This document shows positions 36,734-46,553 of a stretch of DNA of 51,471 nt, one piece after another. This DNA is from Candidatus Thermofontivivens primus. Lineage in GTDB: Bacteria; Sysuimicrobiota; Sysuimicrobiia; Sysuimicrobiales; Thermofontiviventaceae. Location: contig JAVKJW010000016.1 of assembly GCA_031458695.1 (NCBI GenBank), forward strand, positions 1 to 51,471, given 5' to 3'. The stretch's first letter is position 1. Every line of letters begins with the position of its first letter. Below the pieces are notes generated by a model. The model searched no databases. It was given only the letters and a program-made list of their open reading frames with translations, and was not told where the DNA came from. The translations under genes and the position numbers were made by a program.

Positions 36734-36768
36734 CCGTCAACCACCCCCATGATCATTAAGGAAGTGAC

Positions 36769-37518
36769 TTAGCGCATGACCATCCCACCGTCGACGTTGA
36801 TCACCTGCCCCGTGATATAGGATGCCTCATCCGATGCCAAGAATGCAACGACTGCTGCGACCTCTTCCGGCTTTCCCGCTCGACCGAGAGGGATCTCTTC
36901 CAGGAACCTAGCACGGATCTCCTCAGGCAATGTATCGGTCAGGCCAGCCTCGATGAATCCCGGGGCGATGGCATTCACCAAAATCCCCCGCCCGCTGACC
37001 TCCCTCGCCACAGCCTTGGTGAATCCAATCACACCCGCCTTTGCCGCGCTATAGTTGGCTTGCCCGACATTCCCTAGTTGCGCCACGACCGAGGCAATGT
37101 TGATGATCCGGCCCCGCCGGCGGCGAAGCATCTCCCGGATCGCGGCGCGAGTACAGTAGAAGGTGCCCGTGAGGTTAATGTCGATCACGCGCTGCCACTC
37201 CTCGTCCTTCATGCGCACGAGGAGGTTATCCTGGGTAGCCCCCGCATTGTTCACCAGGATATCTAGCCGACCGAACGTAGCAACCGCTGTCTCGATGATC
37301 CTCCGAGCTTCCTCTGGATGGGTGATGTCCCCTTGTACCGCGACGGCCTGGCCCCCGGCCTCACGGATTTCGCTCACCACGGCTTCCGCCGCGTCCCGGT
37401 CGGTGGCATAGTGGACGACGACACTAGCCCCCTCCCTCGCCAGAGCCTTCGCGATCGCGCTCCCAATCGCGCCCGAGCCTCCTGTGACCACAGCAACCTG
37501 TCCATCAAGACGACCCAT
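36769..37518 (-). CDS. fabG: 3-oxoacyl-ACP reductase
   Basis: TGGSGAIG, NNAG, GQANYSAAKAG (YxxxK), APGFI, YITGQVINVDGG. ATG 37518. Confidence 0.96.
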   Translation of the reverse strand: MGRLDGQVAVVTGGSGAIGSAIAKALAREGASVVVHYATDRDAAEAVVSEIREAGGQAVAVQGDITHPEEARRIIETAVATFGRLDILVNNAGATQDNLLVRMKDEEWQRVIDINLTGTFYCTRAAIREMLRRRRGRIINIASVVAQLGNVGQANYSAAKAGVIGFTKAVAREVSGRGILVNAIAPGFIEAGLTDTLPEEIRARFLEEIPLGRAGKPEEVAAVVAFLASDEASYITGQVINVDGGMVMR

Positions 37519-37551
37519 ATACGGATCTCCGTCGATCCCACTTCCTCGATA

Positions 37552-37583
37552 CCCCGGCAAAAGCTACTTGACTTTGCCGGGAG
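37552..37583. repeat. Dispersed ~30-bp intergenic palindrome, copy C
   Basis: ccccggcaaaagctacttgactttgccgggag; its last 13 nt are identical to copy D at 50050-50062. Confidence 0.55.
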
Positions 37584-37645
37584 CTCCTACAGGATCGCAC
37601 AAAGTGCAGAGCATTTGGAGGTTACAGAATTGGAGCTCCTTCGCC

Positions 37646-38581
37646 CTAGCGAAACTCATCGAGGGCTCGCAACGTCTCTTCAAGTGACCGCGGGTCCTCC
37701 ACGTGTAATGTGCGAACTCCATCCAAGGTCTTCCGGATCAAGGTAGATAGCGATGTCCCCGGCCCCACCTCCACGAAGATCCGTGCCCCAAGCTGCCACA
37801 TCTGGCGCACCGACTCCTCCCACCGGACAGGACTGTAGACCTGCTCGATGAGGAGCCTGCGGATTTCCTCCGCCCTCTGCACAGACTTCGAGGTCACGTT
37901 GGCCACAACGGGGAACCGTGCATCGGAGACCGCTACCCGCTCGAGTTCCCTGGCCAGCCTCTCTGCCGCCGGACGCATCAGCGTCGTGTGGAAGGCTGTG
38001 CTCACGTTCAAGGGAATGATCCGGCGTGCGCCCCGTGCTTTCGCCTCCTCGGAGGCCTTTCGAACCGCAGCGGAATCCCCGGCGATGACCACCTGACCTG
38101 GACAATTGAAGTTTGCCGGTTCCACCACCCCTGCACTGGAAGCGGACTCGCAGATCCTCTCCACCTCCGCGGCATCGAGCCCCAGGATAGCCACCATGGA
38201 GGTCTCCCTCCCCCTGGTCGCCTCCTCCATCAGCTCTCCTCTCCGTCGCACCACGCGCACGGCATCCTCGAACGCGAGGGCGCCTGCAGCAACCAACGCG
38301 CTGTACTCTCCCAGGCTGAGCCCAGCGGCCACGTCTGGTTCGATCCCCGAAGAGCGGAGGACCTCCAAACACGCCACACTCGTGGTCAGGATCGCGGGTT
38401 GGGTATTCTCCGTCCTCCGCAGGGCTTCCTCTGGCCCCTCGCTACAGAGGTGGAGGAGATCTATCCCTAGGACCTCGCCCGCCCGCTCGTATACCCGCCT
38501 CGCCTCCGGGAAAGCCGCTGCCATCTCCCGCCCCATACCCACGTACTGCGCACCTTGTCCAGGAAAAACAAACGCGATCAT
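37646..38581 (-). CDS. fabD: Malonyl-CoA:ACP transacylase
   Basis: FVFPGQGAQYVGMG, TQPAI, AGLSLGEYSA, ANFNCPGQVVI, VS.AFHT, PVRW, EVGPG. ATG 38581 overlaps the fabH stop. Confidence 0.97.
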   Translation of the reverse strand: MIAFVFPGQGAQYVGMGREMAAAFPEARRVYERAGEVLGIDLLHLCSEGPEEALRRTENTQPAILTTSVACLEVLRSSGIEPDVAAGLSLGEYSALVAAGALAFEDAVRVVRRRGELMEEATRGRETSMVAILGLDAAEVERICESASSAGVVEPANFNCPGQVVIAGDSAAVRKASEEAKARGARRIIPLNVSTAFHTTLMRPAAERLARELERVAVSDARFPVVANVTSKSVQRAEEIRRLLIEQVYSPVRWEESVRQMWQLGARIFVEVGPGTSLSTLIRKTLDGVRTLHVEDPRSLEETLRALDEFR

Positions 38582-39573
38582 CGTCTCCCTGTCCAGCGCA
38601 GCGCGCACGCGCCAAAGGTAAACCCGCCACCGAATGCCACAAGGACCACGACATCCCCGGGGCAGATCCGGCCGTCGTCGACAGCTTCGCTGAGGGCGAC
38701 GGGAACTGAAGCGGAAGAGGTATTCCCGTAGCGGTCGATGTTCACGATAAATTTCTCCATGGGTTCGCCGAGGCGCTTGCTTGCCGCTTCGATGATGCGG
38801 AGGTTCGCCTGGTGAGGAATATACCACTTCACCTCATCTTGGGTAAGGTTTGCCCGGCGGAGAACCTGCTCGATTGCCTCAGGCATGGCTTTTACCGCAA
38901 ACTTAAAGACCTCGCGGCCGTTCTGGTAGATATAATGAAGGTCGCGTTCCACTGTCTCGTAGCTCGCCGGGAGCCGGGAACCCCCCGCGGGTAGTTTGAG
39001 CAGATCTCCCCCGCTCCCGTCTGCCCCAAGGAAGAAGGAGAGGAATCCCTCACCAGGAGGGCATGCCTCCACCACAACGGCTCCGGCCGAGTCCCCGAAG
39101 AGCACACACGTGCTCCGATCCTTCCAGTTGGTGATCCGGGAAAGAGTTTCAGCGCCAATGACCAGGACACGCCGAGCAAGCCCGCCCGTGATCACACCAT
39201 ATGCCATAGCCAATCCGTAGACGAAGCTGCTACATGCTGCAGAGAGATCATACGCGCCCGCGTTCTTCGCGCCAATGCGATCTTGGACGAGACAGGCGGT
39301 GGCTGGGAAGATCATATCCGGCGTGGCCGTCCCCACAATGATGAGGTCGATGTCGTGGCTACTGATCCCGGCATCGGCCAGGGCCAGCTTCGCGGCTTCC
39401 ACGGCAAGATCCGACGTGGCCCAATCTGGAGGGGCGATATGACGTTCCCGGATCCCCGTTCGCTCAACGATCCACTCGTCGGTAGTCTCCACCATCTTCT
39501 CCAGGTCCGCGTTGGTCAGGACCTGGGGAGGGACGTACCGGCCAATGCCTGTGATGGTTGCGCTAATCGCCAC
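38578..39573 (-). CDS. fabH: 3-oxoacyl-ACP synthase III
   Basis: DEWI.ERTGI.ER, AACSSF, FGD.AGA, PHQAN.RI, YGNTSSAS, FGGG. GTG 39573 follows AGGAGG. Confidence 0.97.
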   Translation of the reverse strand: MAISATITGIGRYVPPQVLTNADLEKMVETTDEWIVERTGIRERHIAPPDWATSDLAVEAAKLALADAGISSHDIDLIIVGTATPDMIFPATACLVQDRIGAKNAGAYDLSAACSSFVYGLAMAYGVITGGLARRVLVIGAETLSRITNWKDRSTCVLFGDSAGAVVVEACPPGEGFLSFFLGADGSGGDLLKLPAGGSRLPASYETVERDLHYIYQNGREVFKFAVKAMPEAIEQVLRRANLTQDEVKWYIPHQANLRIIEAASKRLGEPMEKFIVNIDRYGNTSSASVPVALSEAVDDGRICPGDVVVLVAFGGGFTFGACALRWTGRR

Positions 39574-39608
39574 TCCGTTCCTCCTTTCCCAGCCTGGGAA
39601 CGGCTCCT

Positions 39609-39806
39609 TCACGACTTCTTTTCCTCAGCCTCTTCCACGGCCACCACGCGCCTCCCCCCGTAATATCCGCAGTTCGGGCAAACCCGGTGGGGGACCGTGT
39701 AGGTGTGACATTGGCGGCATCGCACCAGAGTGAGTGGACGGAGCTTCCATTGGGACCGGCGCATCCCAGTACGTGCCTTGGAGCGACGTCGTTTCTGAAC
39801 TGCCAC
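39609..39806 (-). CDS. rpmF: 50S ribosomal protein L32 (zinc-ribbon type)
   Basis: AVQKRRRSKAR..MRR, CRQC...PHRVCPNCGYY. Confidence 0.95.
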   Translation of the reverse strand: MAVQKRRRSKARTGMRRSQWKLRPLTLVRCRQCHTYTVPHRVCPNCGYYGGRRVVAVEEAEEKKS

Positions 39807-39932
39807 AGCGAGCACCTGCCTTTCCCAACGATGTTTCCCTCAGCTTTTCTCCGTCACCCGCCAAATCTCATATATATCTCTTGCAAGGGGCCGCGCGGGA
39901 TGAGCCTTGAGTGGTGGTGCTGGATGCATGGC

Positions 39933-40463
39933 TCATGCCCGTTCCCTGAGGAGCTGTTCCAAGACTGCAAGCCGCGGGTCCACCTCCGTCAATGTGCAGT
40001 CGCAGGGTTCCACGTTCCGATTGGCCCCGCACTGGGGGCAAAGCCCTTGGCAACTCTCCTTGCATACGGGCTTAATCGGGATCGCCATGATCAGGTTCTG
40101 GCGGACCAGCTCTGTGACATCGAGAATGCCCCCTTCAGGAAGGGGAAAGATAAAGTCCTCCCTGGAGAGCCGCACCTCCTCGACAGGAGACCGTGGGGGC
40201 TGGGGGGAGGCGAAGAAATCCTCGTCGAGGGTGGCTTCCAGGGTATACGGGAAGCTCTCCAAACAACGGCTACAGGTAAGCGTGACCAACGTGGAGACCT
40301 TCCCTGCTACGTGGATCGTCCGACCAAGATGCAGCAGGGTGATCTCCCCGTCTACAGGAGAGGGAAACGGCAAGTCTTCTACCTGGGAGTCCACCATCTC
40401 ATGGAAGGGGATCGTATAGACTGCCCCTTCCCCAGAAAGCAACTCCCGCACTTCCAGCTTCAT
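39933..40463 (-). CDS. DUF177/YceD family protein
   Basis: CSRCL, PIKPVC...CQGLCPQCG.N.N...CDC, DPRLA.L; directly upstream of rpmF. Confidence 0.93.
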   Translation of the reverse strand: MKLEVRELLSGEGAVYTIPFHEMVDSQVEDLPFPSPVDGEITLLHLGRTIHVAGKVSTLVTLTCSRCLESFPYTLEATLDEDFFASPQPPRSPVEEVRLSREDFIFPLPEGGILDVTELVRQNLIMAIPIKPVCKESCQGLCPQCGANRNVEPCDCTLTEVDPRLAVLEQLLRERA

Positions 40464-40494
40464 GATGCGAACACCCCGCCGAACAAGCTACCCC

Positions 40495-40524
40495 ATTATA
40501 AGTAGACCCTTCTTCGCCTGTCAA
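40495..40524 (-). promoter_or_regulatory. Consensus sigma70 promoter for yceD-rpmF-fab
   Basis: TTGACA-N18-TATAAT. Confidence 0.75.
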
Positions 40525-40563
40525 GGCGAGCCGTTTCCAGCTTCCAAATTTCCCAAGGGGTAC

Positions 40564-41040
40564 CTACTTGAACCTCTCCCGCAAGCGCCGCGCAACCCCA
40601 GGAGGGACGAGGCCCTCTACATGCCCACCGAGGCGGGCAACCTCCTTGATCAAGGTAGAGCTCAAGAACCCCAGGTGAGGGGCAGTAAGGAAGAACAGGG
40701 TATCTAGCTCAGGGGCAAGGTGGCGGTTCATCTCCGCCATCCGTGCCTCATAGTCCAAGTCGCTCGCGGTGCGGACTCCCTTCACGATCACGGTAGCGCC
40801 CTTCGCCCGAGCAAATACCACGGTGAGACCATCGTATCCCTCAATGACCACGTTCGCCATCCCCTGTGTGGCCTCACGGATCATCTCGATACGCTCCTCG
40901 AGCGTGAACAGGGGCTCCTTTGGGGAGCTCGCGGCGACGGCAACAATGACTGTGGAGAACAGCCTTGCCGACCTCGCGATGATGTCGAGGTGGCCGTTGT
41001 GGACAGGGTCGAATGTACCAGGGTATAGGGCTATGGTCAT
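40564..41040 (-). CDS. coaD: Phosphopantetheine adenylyltransferase
   Basis: YPGTFDPVHNGHLDII, KGVR..SD.DYE, FLSSTLIKEVA..GG. Confidence 0.97.
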   Translation of the reverse strand: MTIALYPGTFDPVHNGHLDIIARSARLFSTVIVAVAASSPKEPLFTLEERIEMIREATQGMANVVIEGYDGLTVVFARAKGATVIVKGVRTASDLDYEARMAEMNRHLAPELDTLFFLTAPHLGFLSSTLIKEVARLGGHVEGLVPPGVARRLRERFK

Positions 41041-41624
41041 TGCTGATCCCTGCTCCTCTCCTGGGAGGCGCCATCTGTGCGTGTATAGAACCACAAGACC
41101 GTCTCCCCGTACCGCGCCTTCTTGAGGAGCCGGAGGTCCGCGACCTGGTCCCCCGGCTCGTCCCGCCAGTGGCCCTCTGCCACAACGATCCCTCCTTCGG
41201 CGAGAATTCCCGCCCTAGCGATCCGGTCCATGGCCTTGGGGAGGAGGCCCTGCCCATACGGGGGGTCCAGGAAGATAAGCTGGAATCGCCGTCCCCTCCG
41301 GGCCAGGACGGAAGGAGCTTTGAGGGCATCTGCCTGCCATACCTCGGCCTGACCCTCGAACCCGCAGGCTTTGATGGTATCCCGGATGAGCTGAACCATG
41401 CGTGCGTCCCGTTCCACGAAGACGGCCCGGGAAGCGCCACGGCTCAGGGCCTCTATGCCAAGAGCCCCGGTCCCGGCAAAGAGGTCGAGTACGTCGGCCC
41501 CGACCACCCGTTCCCCAAGGGAGTTGAACAGGGCCTCACGGACCCTGGCTAAAGTCGGACGCACACTCCGCCTCTTGGAGGTTTGGCCCTGCCGTCCCCT
41601 CGCCCCTACGGAAGAAACCCGCAT
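41037..41624 (-). CDS. rsmD: 16S rRNA m2G966 methyltransferase
   Basis: RPT..RVREALFN, LDLFAGTGALGIEALSRGA, FLDPPY, YGET. Confidence 0.93.
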   Translation of the reverse strand: MRVSSVGARGRQGQTSKRRSVRPTLARVREALFNSLGERVVGADVLDLFAGTGALGIEALSRGASRAVFVERDARMVQLIRDTIKACGFEGQAEVWQADALKAPSVLARRGRRFQLIFLDPPYGQGLLPKAMDRIARAGILAEGGIVVAEGHWRDEPGDQVADLRLLKKARYGETVLWFYTRTDGASQERSRDQQ

Positions 41625-41636
41625 CTTCCACCCTCC

Positions 41637-43754
41637 TCAACTCACAGAAACGAGCTCCACCTGTTCCCTGAACCGTCGTTCCAGGGCTCCGCGGAGGCCC
41701 CGATGTCTGGGATCTTCTAGGGTCGGGTCCTCTTGGAGGAGTCGTTGCGCCTCCCTGCGTGCCTCCTCCAGGATGGGAAGATCGGTGAGCAGGTTTGCCA
41801 CGCGCAGGTCAGGGAGCCCATGCTGTCGGGTCCCGAAGAGCTCCCCTGGCCCCCGCAAGACAAGGTCCTCCTGGGCGATCGCAAAACCATCGCTGGTCCT
41901 TTCCATAACCTCCAACCGCTTGCGCCCCTCCTCCGTGGTGGGGTCTGCAATGAGGATACAATAGGACTTCCAAGGACCCCTCCCTACCCTCCCTCGGAGC
42001 TGGTGAAGCTGGGCAAGCCCGAACCGATCTGCATCCTCGATAACCATCACCGTAGCGTTCGGCACATCGATCCCCACCTCAATCACGCTCGTGCTCACCA
42101 ACACGTCCAGCTCCCCATTCCGGAAACTCCGCATCACCTTCTCTTTCTCTTCCAGGCTCATCCTTCCATGCAGGACGCCGATGTGCAACCCTTTGAGCTC
42201 GGTTTGGCTCAGGCGCTCGGCCATCTCCAGGGCTGCCTTCGCCTCGAGCTTCTCTGACTCCTCCACAAGAGGGCATACGACGTACACCTGTCTCCCTTGC
42301 TGGACCTGTTCCCGGCAAAACGCGTACACCTTGCTCCGGGAGGAGGAGCGCCTCCAGTAGGTTACCACAGGTGTACGACCGGGAGGGGATTCGTCAAGGA
42401 GGGAGAGATCTAGGTCTCCATAGAGGGTGAGGGCGAGGGTCCGGGGGATGGGGGTCGCGGTCATTACGATCACGTCTGGATAGAAGCCCTTCTGGCGCAG
42501 CCTAGCCCGCTGCATCACCCCGAACTTGTGCTGTTCATCGACGACCACAAGACCAAGGCGGGCGAAGGTAACATCCTCTTGGATGAGGGCATGGGTGCCT
42601 ATGACGATATCGACCTCCCCACAGGCGATCCCTTCCAGGACTTCCTCCCGTTGGTCCTTCTCCAACCCGCCCACAAGCAAGGCCACACGAATCCCCAGCG
42701 GTTCAAGGAGGGGTTTCAAGGTAAGGTAATGCTGCCCTGCCAGGATCTCGGTCGGTGCCATGAGGGCTCCTTGGTACCCTCCCTGGACACAGAGGACCAG
42801 GGCAGCGGCGGCGATGACAGTCTTGCCTGATCCCACGTCCCCTTGGATCAACCGGTTCATCGGGTGGGGGCTCTGCATGTCCGCGGCAATCTCCGCGATG
42901 ACCCGGCGCTGGGCTCCTGTGAGGGGGTAGGGAAGGCTTTCGATGAACCGCTTGATGAGATCCCCGTCCTGGCGGTAACGGAACCCCTTCTGGACCTGCC
43001 CCATGGCCTGCTTGCGCAGGAGAAGGACGAGCTGGAGCAGGAACAATTCCTCGAAGGCCAAGCGGCGTCGAGCTTGGAGGTGCTCCTCCTCCGAGGAGGG
43101 GAAATGCATCTTCCTCAGCGCCTCCCGGATCTCCAAGAAATGAAGCCGTTCCCGAAGGTCTCCCGGCAAGATCTCCGGAACAGCATCGACGAAGGCGGTT
43201 AGGGCATTGTGCACGATGGAGCGGAGGGTCCTCTGGGAGAGACCTTCCGTAGACGGGTAGATGGGAACGATGCGTCCCGTGTGGAGGAGGTCCTCCTCGT
43301 CCCCTTCAAGGACCTCGAACTCCGGGCTCTGGATTTGGATCTCCCCGAATCGTCTCTCCACCTTCCCTGTGAGGATGAGCTGCATCCCCTTCCGGAGCAT
43401 CCGCTTGATGTAGGGCTGGTTATACCACACCGCATAGGCAACACCGGTTTGATCCACAATAGCTGCCTTGGTAATGGTAAGACCATGCCGCGGACGGAGG
43501 TCGCCGACGCTCACAACGGTTCCCTGGGTCGTCTCGACCTTTCCGTGGGCGAGGTTCCAGATCAGCGTGAGGTTGCTCCGGTCCTCGTACCGGCGGGGGA
43601 TATGGAAAAGGAGGTCTGCCACAGTGGAGATCCCCAGCCGAGCAAGCTGGCGGGCACGGGCCGGTCCCACGCCCTTCACGTACTGGACGGGGAGGCGCAA
43701 CGGATCCTTGTCAGACTCTTGCCTAGCCATCGACTGATTGGCTCTCTTCTTCAC
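41637..43754 (-). CDS. recG: ATP-dependent DNA helicase RecG
   Basis: KGVGP, PRRYEDR, QGDVGSGKT, MAPTEILA.QH, DEQHKFGV.QR, MTATPIPRTL, QLHQLRGRVGRG, RGPGE..G.RQHG. Start is GTG 43754 or ATG 43730. Confidence 0.98.
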   Translation of the reverse strand: MKKRANQSMARQESDKDPLRLPVQYVKGVGPARARQLARLGISTVADLLFHIPRRYEDRSNLTLIWNLAHGKVETTQGTVVSVGDLRPRHGLTITKAAIVDQTGVAYAVWYNQPYIKRMLRKGMQLILTGKVERRFGEIQIQSPEFEVLEGDEEDLLHTGRIVPIYPSTEGLSQRTLRSIVHNALTAFVDAVPEILPGDLRERLHFLEIREALRKMHFPSSEEEHLQARRRLAFEELFLLQLVLLLRKQAMGQVQKGFRYRQDGDLIKRFIESLPYPLTGAQRRVIAEIAADMQSPHPMNRLIQGDVGSGKTVIAAAALVLCVQGGYQGALMAPTEILAGQHYLTLKPLLEPLGIRVALLVGGLEKDQREEVLEGIACGEVDIVIGTHALIQEDVTFARLGLVVVDEQHKFGVMQRARLRQKGFYPDVIVMTATPIPRTLALTLYGDLDLSLLDESPPGRTPVVTYWRRSSSRSKVYAFCREQVQQGRQVYVVCPLVEESEKLEAKAALEMAERLSQTELKGLHIGVLHGRMSLEEKEKVMRSFRNGELDVLVSTSVIEVGIDVPNATVMVIEDADRFGLAQLHQLRGRVGRGPWKSYCILIADPTTEEGRKRLEVMERTSDGFAIAQEDLVLRGPGELFGTRQHGLPDLRVANLLTDLPILEEARREAQRLLQEDPTLEDPRHRGLRGALERRFREQVELVSVS

Positions 43755-44058
43755 TGGGGAGTAGTTTCCTCTGAGGGGCGAAGATTCAAGAACCCTTCGC
43801 AATGGGGAGACGCACGGTGAACGTTGGTGGAGAGTGGTTCTGCTTCACTCCCTTTCATCCTCTGAACCCTCCCATGTTAGGATAAGCAACATACGTGGCA
43901 AACTCCGAAATGGTAAGCGCCTACGCGTCCCGGCGGACCATCAACGCCTCCACCCTTTTGGGTTGAGCAGATAACGCAAACCATCCCGACTCCCAAGGAC
44001 CACCGTGCCAGGGCGTGGAGATTAGCTTCCAGCACGTCCTCCGCAACGACGGTTACCG

Positions 44059-44072
44059 TGAACACATGTTCA
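44059..44072. promoter_or_regulatory. LexA (SOS)-like box upstream of recG
   Basis: TGAAC-ACAT-GTTCA, an exact GAAC-N4-GTTC core in the recG-rpmB spacer. Confidence 0.45.
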
Positions 44073-44247
44073 TGATCCTTTTGAGTTCCCCATTCCTCGC
44101 TCCACCTCAGGTCTGCGGTAGGAGCTCCCTGAATCCCTGGGTATATCGAGGCGCCTGGGCGGCGAGCGCAGCCAGCTTCCCCACTCTACCCTGGGAACGC
44201 ACCCGTGTGGTGAATGGCATGTTGATGTTAACGAGAGGTTAACCGAG

Positions 44248-44277
44248 TTGCAGGGTAAAAGGAAAGTATGGTACAAT
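44248..44277 (+). promoter_or_regulatory. Promoter for rpmB
   Basis: TTGCAG-N18-TACAAT with a TG extension; preceded by GTTAAC-N5-GTTAAC at 44227-44243. Confidence 0.55.
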
Positions 44278-44380
44278 CAGCGCTGCATGCTCAGTAGCCG
44301 GCAAACGTCTGTGTGATTTGCCGGAGACCCCTTGTGAGAAACCAAGGGGAGTTCGTGGAGAACCACAGGAGGGTAGTGTG

Positions 44381-44572
44381 ATGGCACGGCGTTGTGAGAT
44401 CTGCGGGCGCGGTCCTTCCGCTGGACATTCCATCAGTCACTCTCATCATAAGACGAAGAGGCGGTTCCTCCCTAACATCCAGGTCATCCGCGCGCACATC
44501 AACGGGACGACCAAGCGCATCCGCGTGTGCACCACCTGTCTGAAGTCCGGTCGGGTCAAACGAGCCGCCTAA
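44381..44572 (+). CDS. rpmB: 50S ribosomal protein L28 (zinc-binding type)
   Basis: MARRCEICG....[19 protein letters not shown]...VCTTCLKSG. Confidence 0.97.
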   Translation: MARRCEICGRGPSAGHSISHSHHKTKRRFLPNIQVIRAHINGTTKRIRVCTTCLKSGRVKRAA

Positions 44573-44600
44573 TGGGAAGGTGGTCTGGGAAGAGGAGCCC

Positions 44601-45482
44601 CTACCCGGATCTGATCTGGGCGAGGAGAGCATCGAGGTCTTCCTGAGAGAAGCGGTACTGTTTCCTACAGAAACGGCAGAGGACCTCTGCGCCATCTTCC
44701 CCTCCGTGTAAGCGTTTCAACTCCTCCTCGCCTAGGGCGAGGAGGGTTTCCTCAACCTTTTGGCGGTCACAGGAGCAACGGAAGGAGACCGCCCGCGTCT
44801 CGATGATCTTGAACGGGAGCTCCCCGAGAGCCTCCTCCACGAGTTCCTTCGGACTGTGGCCCCCGTAGACCATAGAGGTGATGGCTGGAAGCGCCCGGGC
44901 ACGTTGCTCGAGGTAGCTTGCGACCTCTTCATCCGCTCCCGGCAAGAGCTGTACCACAAGACCCCCAGACGCCAACACCTGACCGTCGGGAGCTACGAGG
45001 ACTCCGAGGGCTACGGCGGATGGAATCTGCTCGGAGATGGCAAAGTACCTTGCCAAGTCCTCTGCAATCTCCCCGCTGGACAAGGGAACGCTCCCGTGGT
45101 AGGGGTACCGGAGCCCAAGATCCTTGGTGACGTGGAGGGTTCCCTTGCCTACTGCCGCCCCAACGTTGAGCTTGCCCTGGTTGGTGAGGGGGAGATCCAC
45201 CAACGGGTGGGCGACATATCCCCGGACGTGGCCAAGGGCATCGCTCCACGCCACGATCCCTCCCAGGGGACCATCCCCTAGGATTCGCAAGGTGACTGTC
45301 TGATCGCCCTTGAGCATGGCACCCAAAAGGGAGGCAGCGGTGAGGGCCCTCCCAAGGGCTGCTGTTGCCGTCGGCAAGGTCCCATGGCGACTACGGGCTT
45401 CGTCTACCGTGACCGTGGTCACTGCTGCCAGGGCACGGACCGTCCGATCCTGCGTCATCGCACGGATAAGCCCATCTCCCAT
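44601..45482 (-). CDS. hslO: Hsp33 redox-regulated chaperone
   Basis: ATAALGRALT, GDGPLGG, GKLNVG.AVG.G, SGEIAED...YF..SEQIPS, CSC...CRFC zinc motif. Confidence 0.96.
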   Translation of the reverse strand: MGDGLIRAMTQDRTVRALAAVTTVTVDEARSRHGTLPTATAALGRALTAASLLGAMLKGDQTVTLRILGDGPLGGIVAWSDALGHVRGYVAHPLVDLPLTNQGKLNVGAAVGKGTLHVTKDLGLRYPYHGSVPLSSGEIAEDLARYFAISEQIPSAVALGVLVAPDGQVLASGGLVVQLLPGADEEVASYLEQRARALPAITSMVYGGHSPKELVEEALGELPFKIIETRAVSFRCSCDRQKVEETLLALGEEELKRLHGGEDGAEVLCRFCRKQYRFSQEDLDALLAQIRSG

Positions 45483-45509
45483 TGTGCAATTCCCTCCTGC
45501 GAAGCGCCC

Positions 45510-46544
45510 TCACCTATGGGGTTTCCCCCTCACGAAATGGTCCCATCCCGCGGAGGGAAGGGGCCGCACGGAACCGTCCGGGAAGACCATTGAAATCCCA
45601 TCACTCTGGGGGCACACCTCCCCGATAAGGCTAGCTGACACCCCTGCATCTTCCAGGAGCCGGACCAAGACCGGAGCATCCTCTGGGGATACAGCGACAA
45701 GGAGCTCGTAATCTTCCCCCCCGAACAGGACAAGTTCAAGAGGCTCGATCCCCCTTTCCCGCGCCACGCGGCGGACGGATTCGGGAAAGGGAAGGCGCAT
45801 GGCATCGATACGCGCCCCAACCCCACTGGCCTCACAGAGCCGGTGGAGGTCTGAGGCGAGGCCGTCGGAGAGGTCGATCATAGCCCTAGCGAGGCGGGAG
45901 GTCGCAATGAGTCTCCCCTCCCGGACCCGCGGCCTTGGGGTGAGGAAGGCCTGGATGAGTTCCTGCCCCTCTTCCCTGGAGACCTCTTTGCCCCGGAGGA
46001 GAAGAAGCCCTGCACCAGCAAGCCCAAGTTCTCCCGTCACGAGGAGGAGATCCCCCGGGCGCGCCCCTCGCCGTTCTACCACAATGTCAGGCTCCACCTC
46101 TCCGAAGAGGGTGAGGTCGACTATGAGGGGCCCGGGAGATCTGGAAAGATTCCCTCCCACGAGAGAGACCTGAAACAGCTGCCCTTCTGATTGGAGGCCT
46201 GCATAGAACTCGTCGACCCAGGAGAGCGGGAGATCGGGGGGAAGGACGAGGGAAAGGATGGCCCAGCGAGGGATCCCTCCCATGGCCGCGATGTCGCTGA
46301 GGTTGATGGCAAGGGTACGGCGTCCGAGCTGCGATGGGGAGATTGCCTCCCGCAGGAAGTGCACGCCCTCCACTTGGACATCGCAGGTAGCAAGGAGGCA
46401 GAAGTCCCTGCTGGGTTCCAAGAGAGCTGTATCATCCCCGATGCCGATGAGTACGCCCTCACCCCGCTGGCCCACAAGCTCGGCGATGCGGGCGATGAGC
46501 CTAAACTCCCCGATCTCTCCGATTTCCACTTCGCGCTCGCTCAT
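45510..46544 (-). CDS. thiL: Thiamine-monophosphate kinase
   Basis: GEFRLI, GIGDDTA, D..VEGVHF, NLSDIAAMGG, GGNL, MIDLSDGL.SDL, GGEDYEL, GWDHF. ATG 46544. Confidence 0.95.
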   Translation of the reverse strand: MSEREVEIGEIGEFRLIARIAELVGQRGEGVLIGIGDDTALLEPSRDFCLLATCDVQVEGVHFLREAISPSQLGRRTLAINLSDIAAMGGIPRWAILSLVLPPDLPLSWVDEFYAGLQSEGQLFQVSLVGGNLSRSPGPLIVDLTLFGEVEPDIVVERRGARPGDLLLVTGELGLAGAGLLLLRGKEVSREEGQELIQAFLTPRPRVREGRLIATSRLARAMIDLSDGLASDLHRLCEASGVGARIDAMRLPFPESVRRVARERGIEPLELVLFGGEDYELLVAVSPEDAPVLVRLLEDAGVSASLIGEVCPQSDGISMVFPDGSVRPLPSAGWDHFVRGKPHR

Positions 46545-46553
46545 TTCTCTATT

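Noticed and set aside
37646..38827. Long N-terminal extensions in the ORF track (fabD; also thiE, rnhB, cydA, the ABC ATPase)
   Set aside because: They overlap neighbouring genes or precede the conserved N-terminus and RBS; downstream starts were used.
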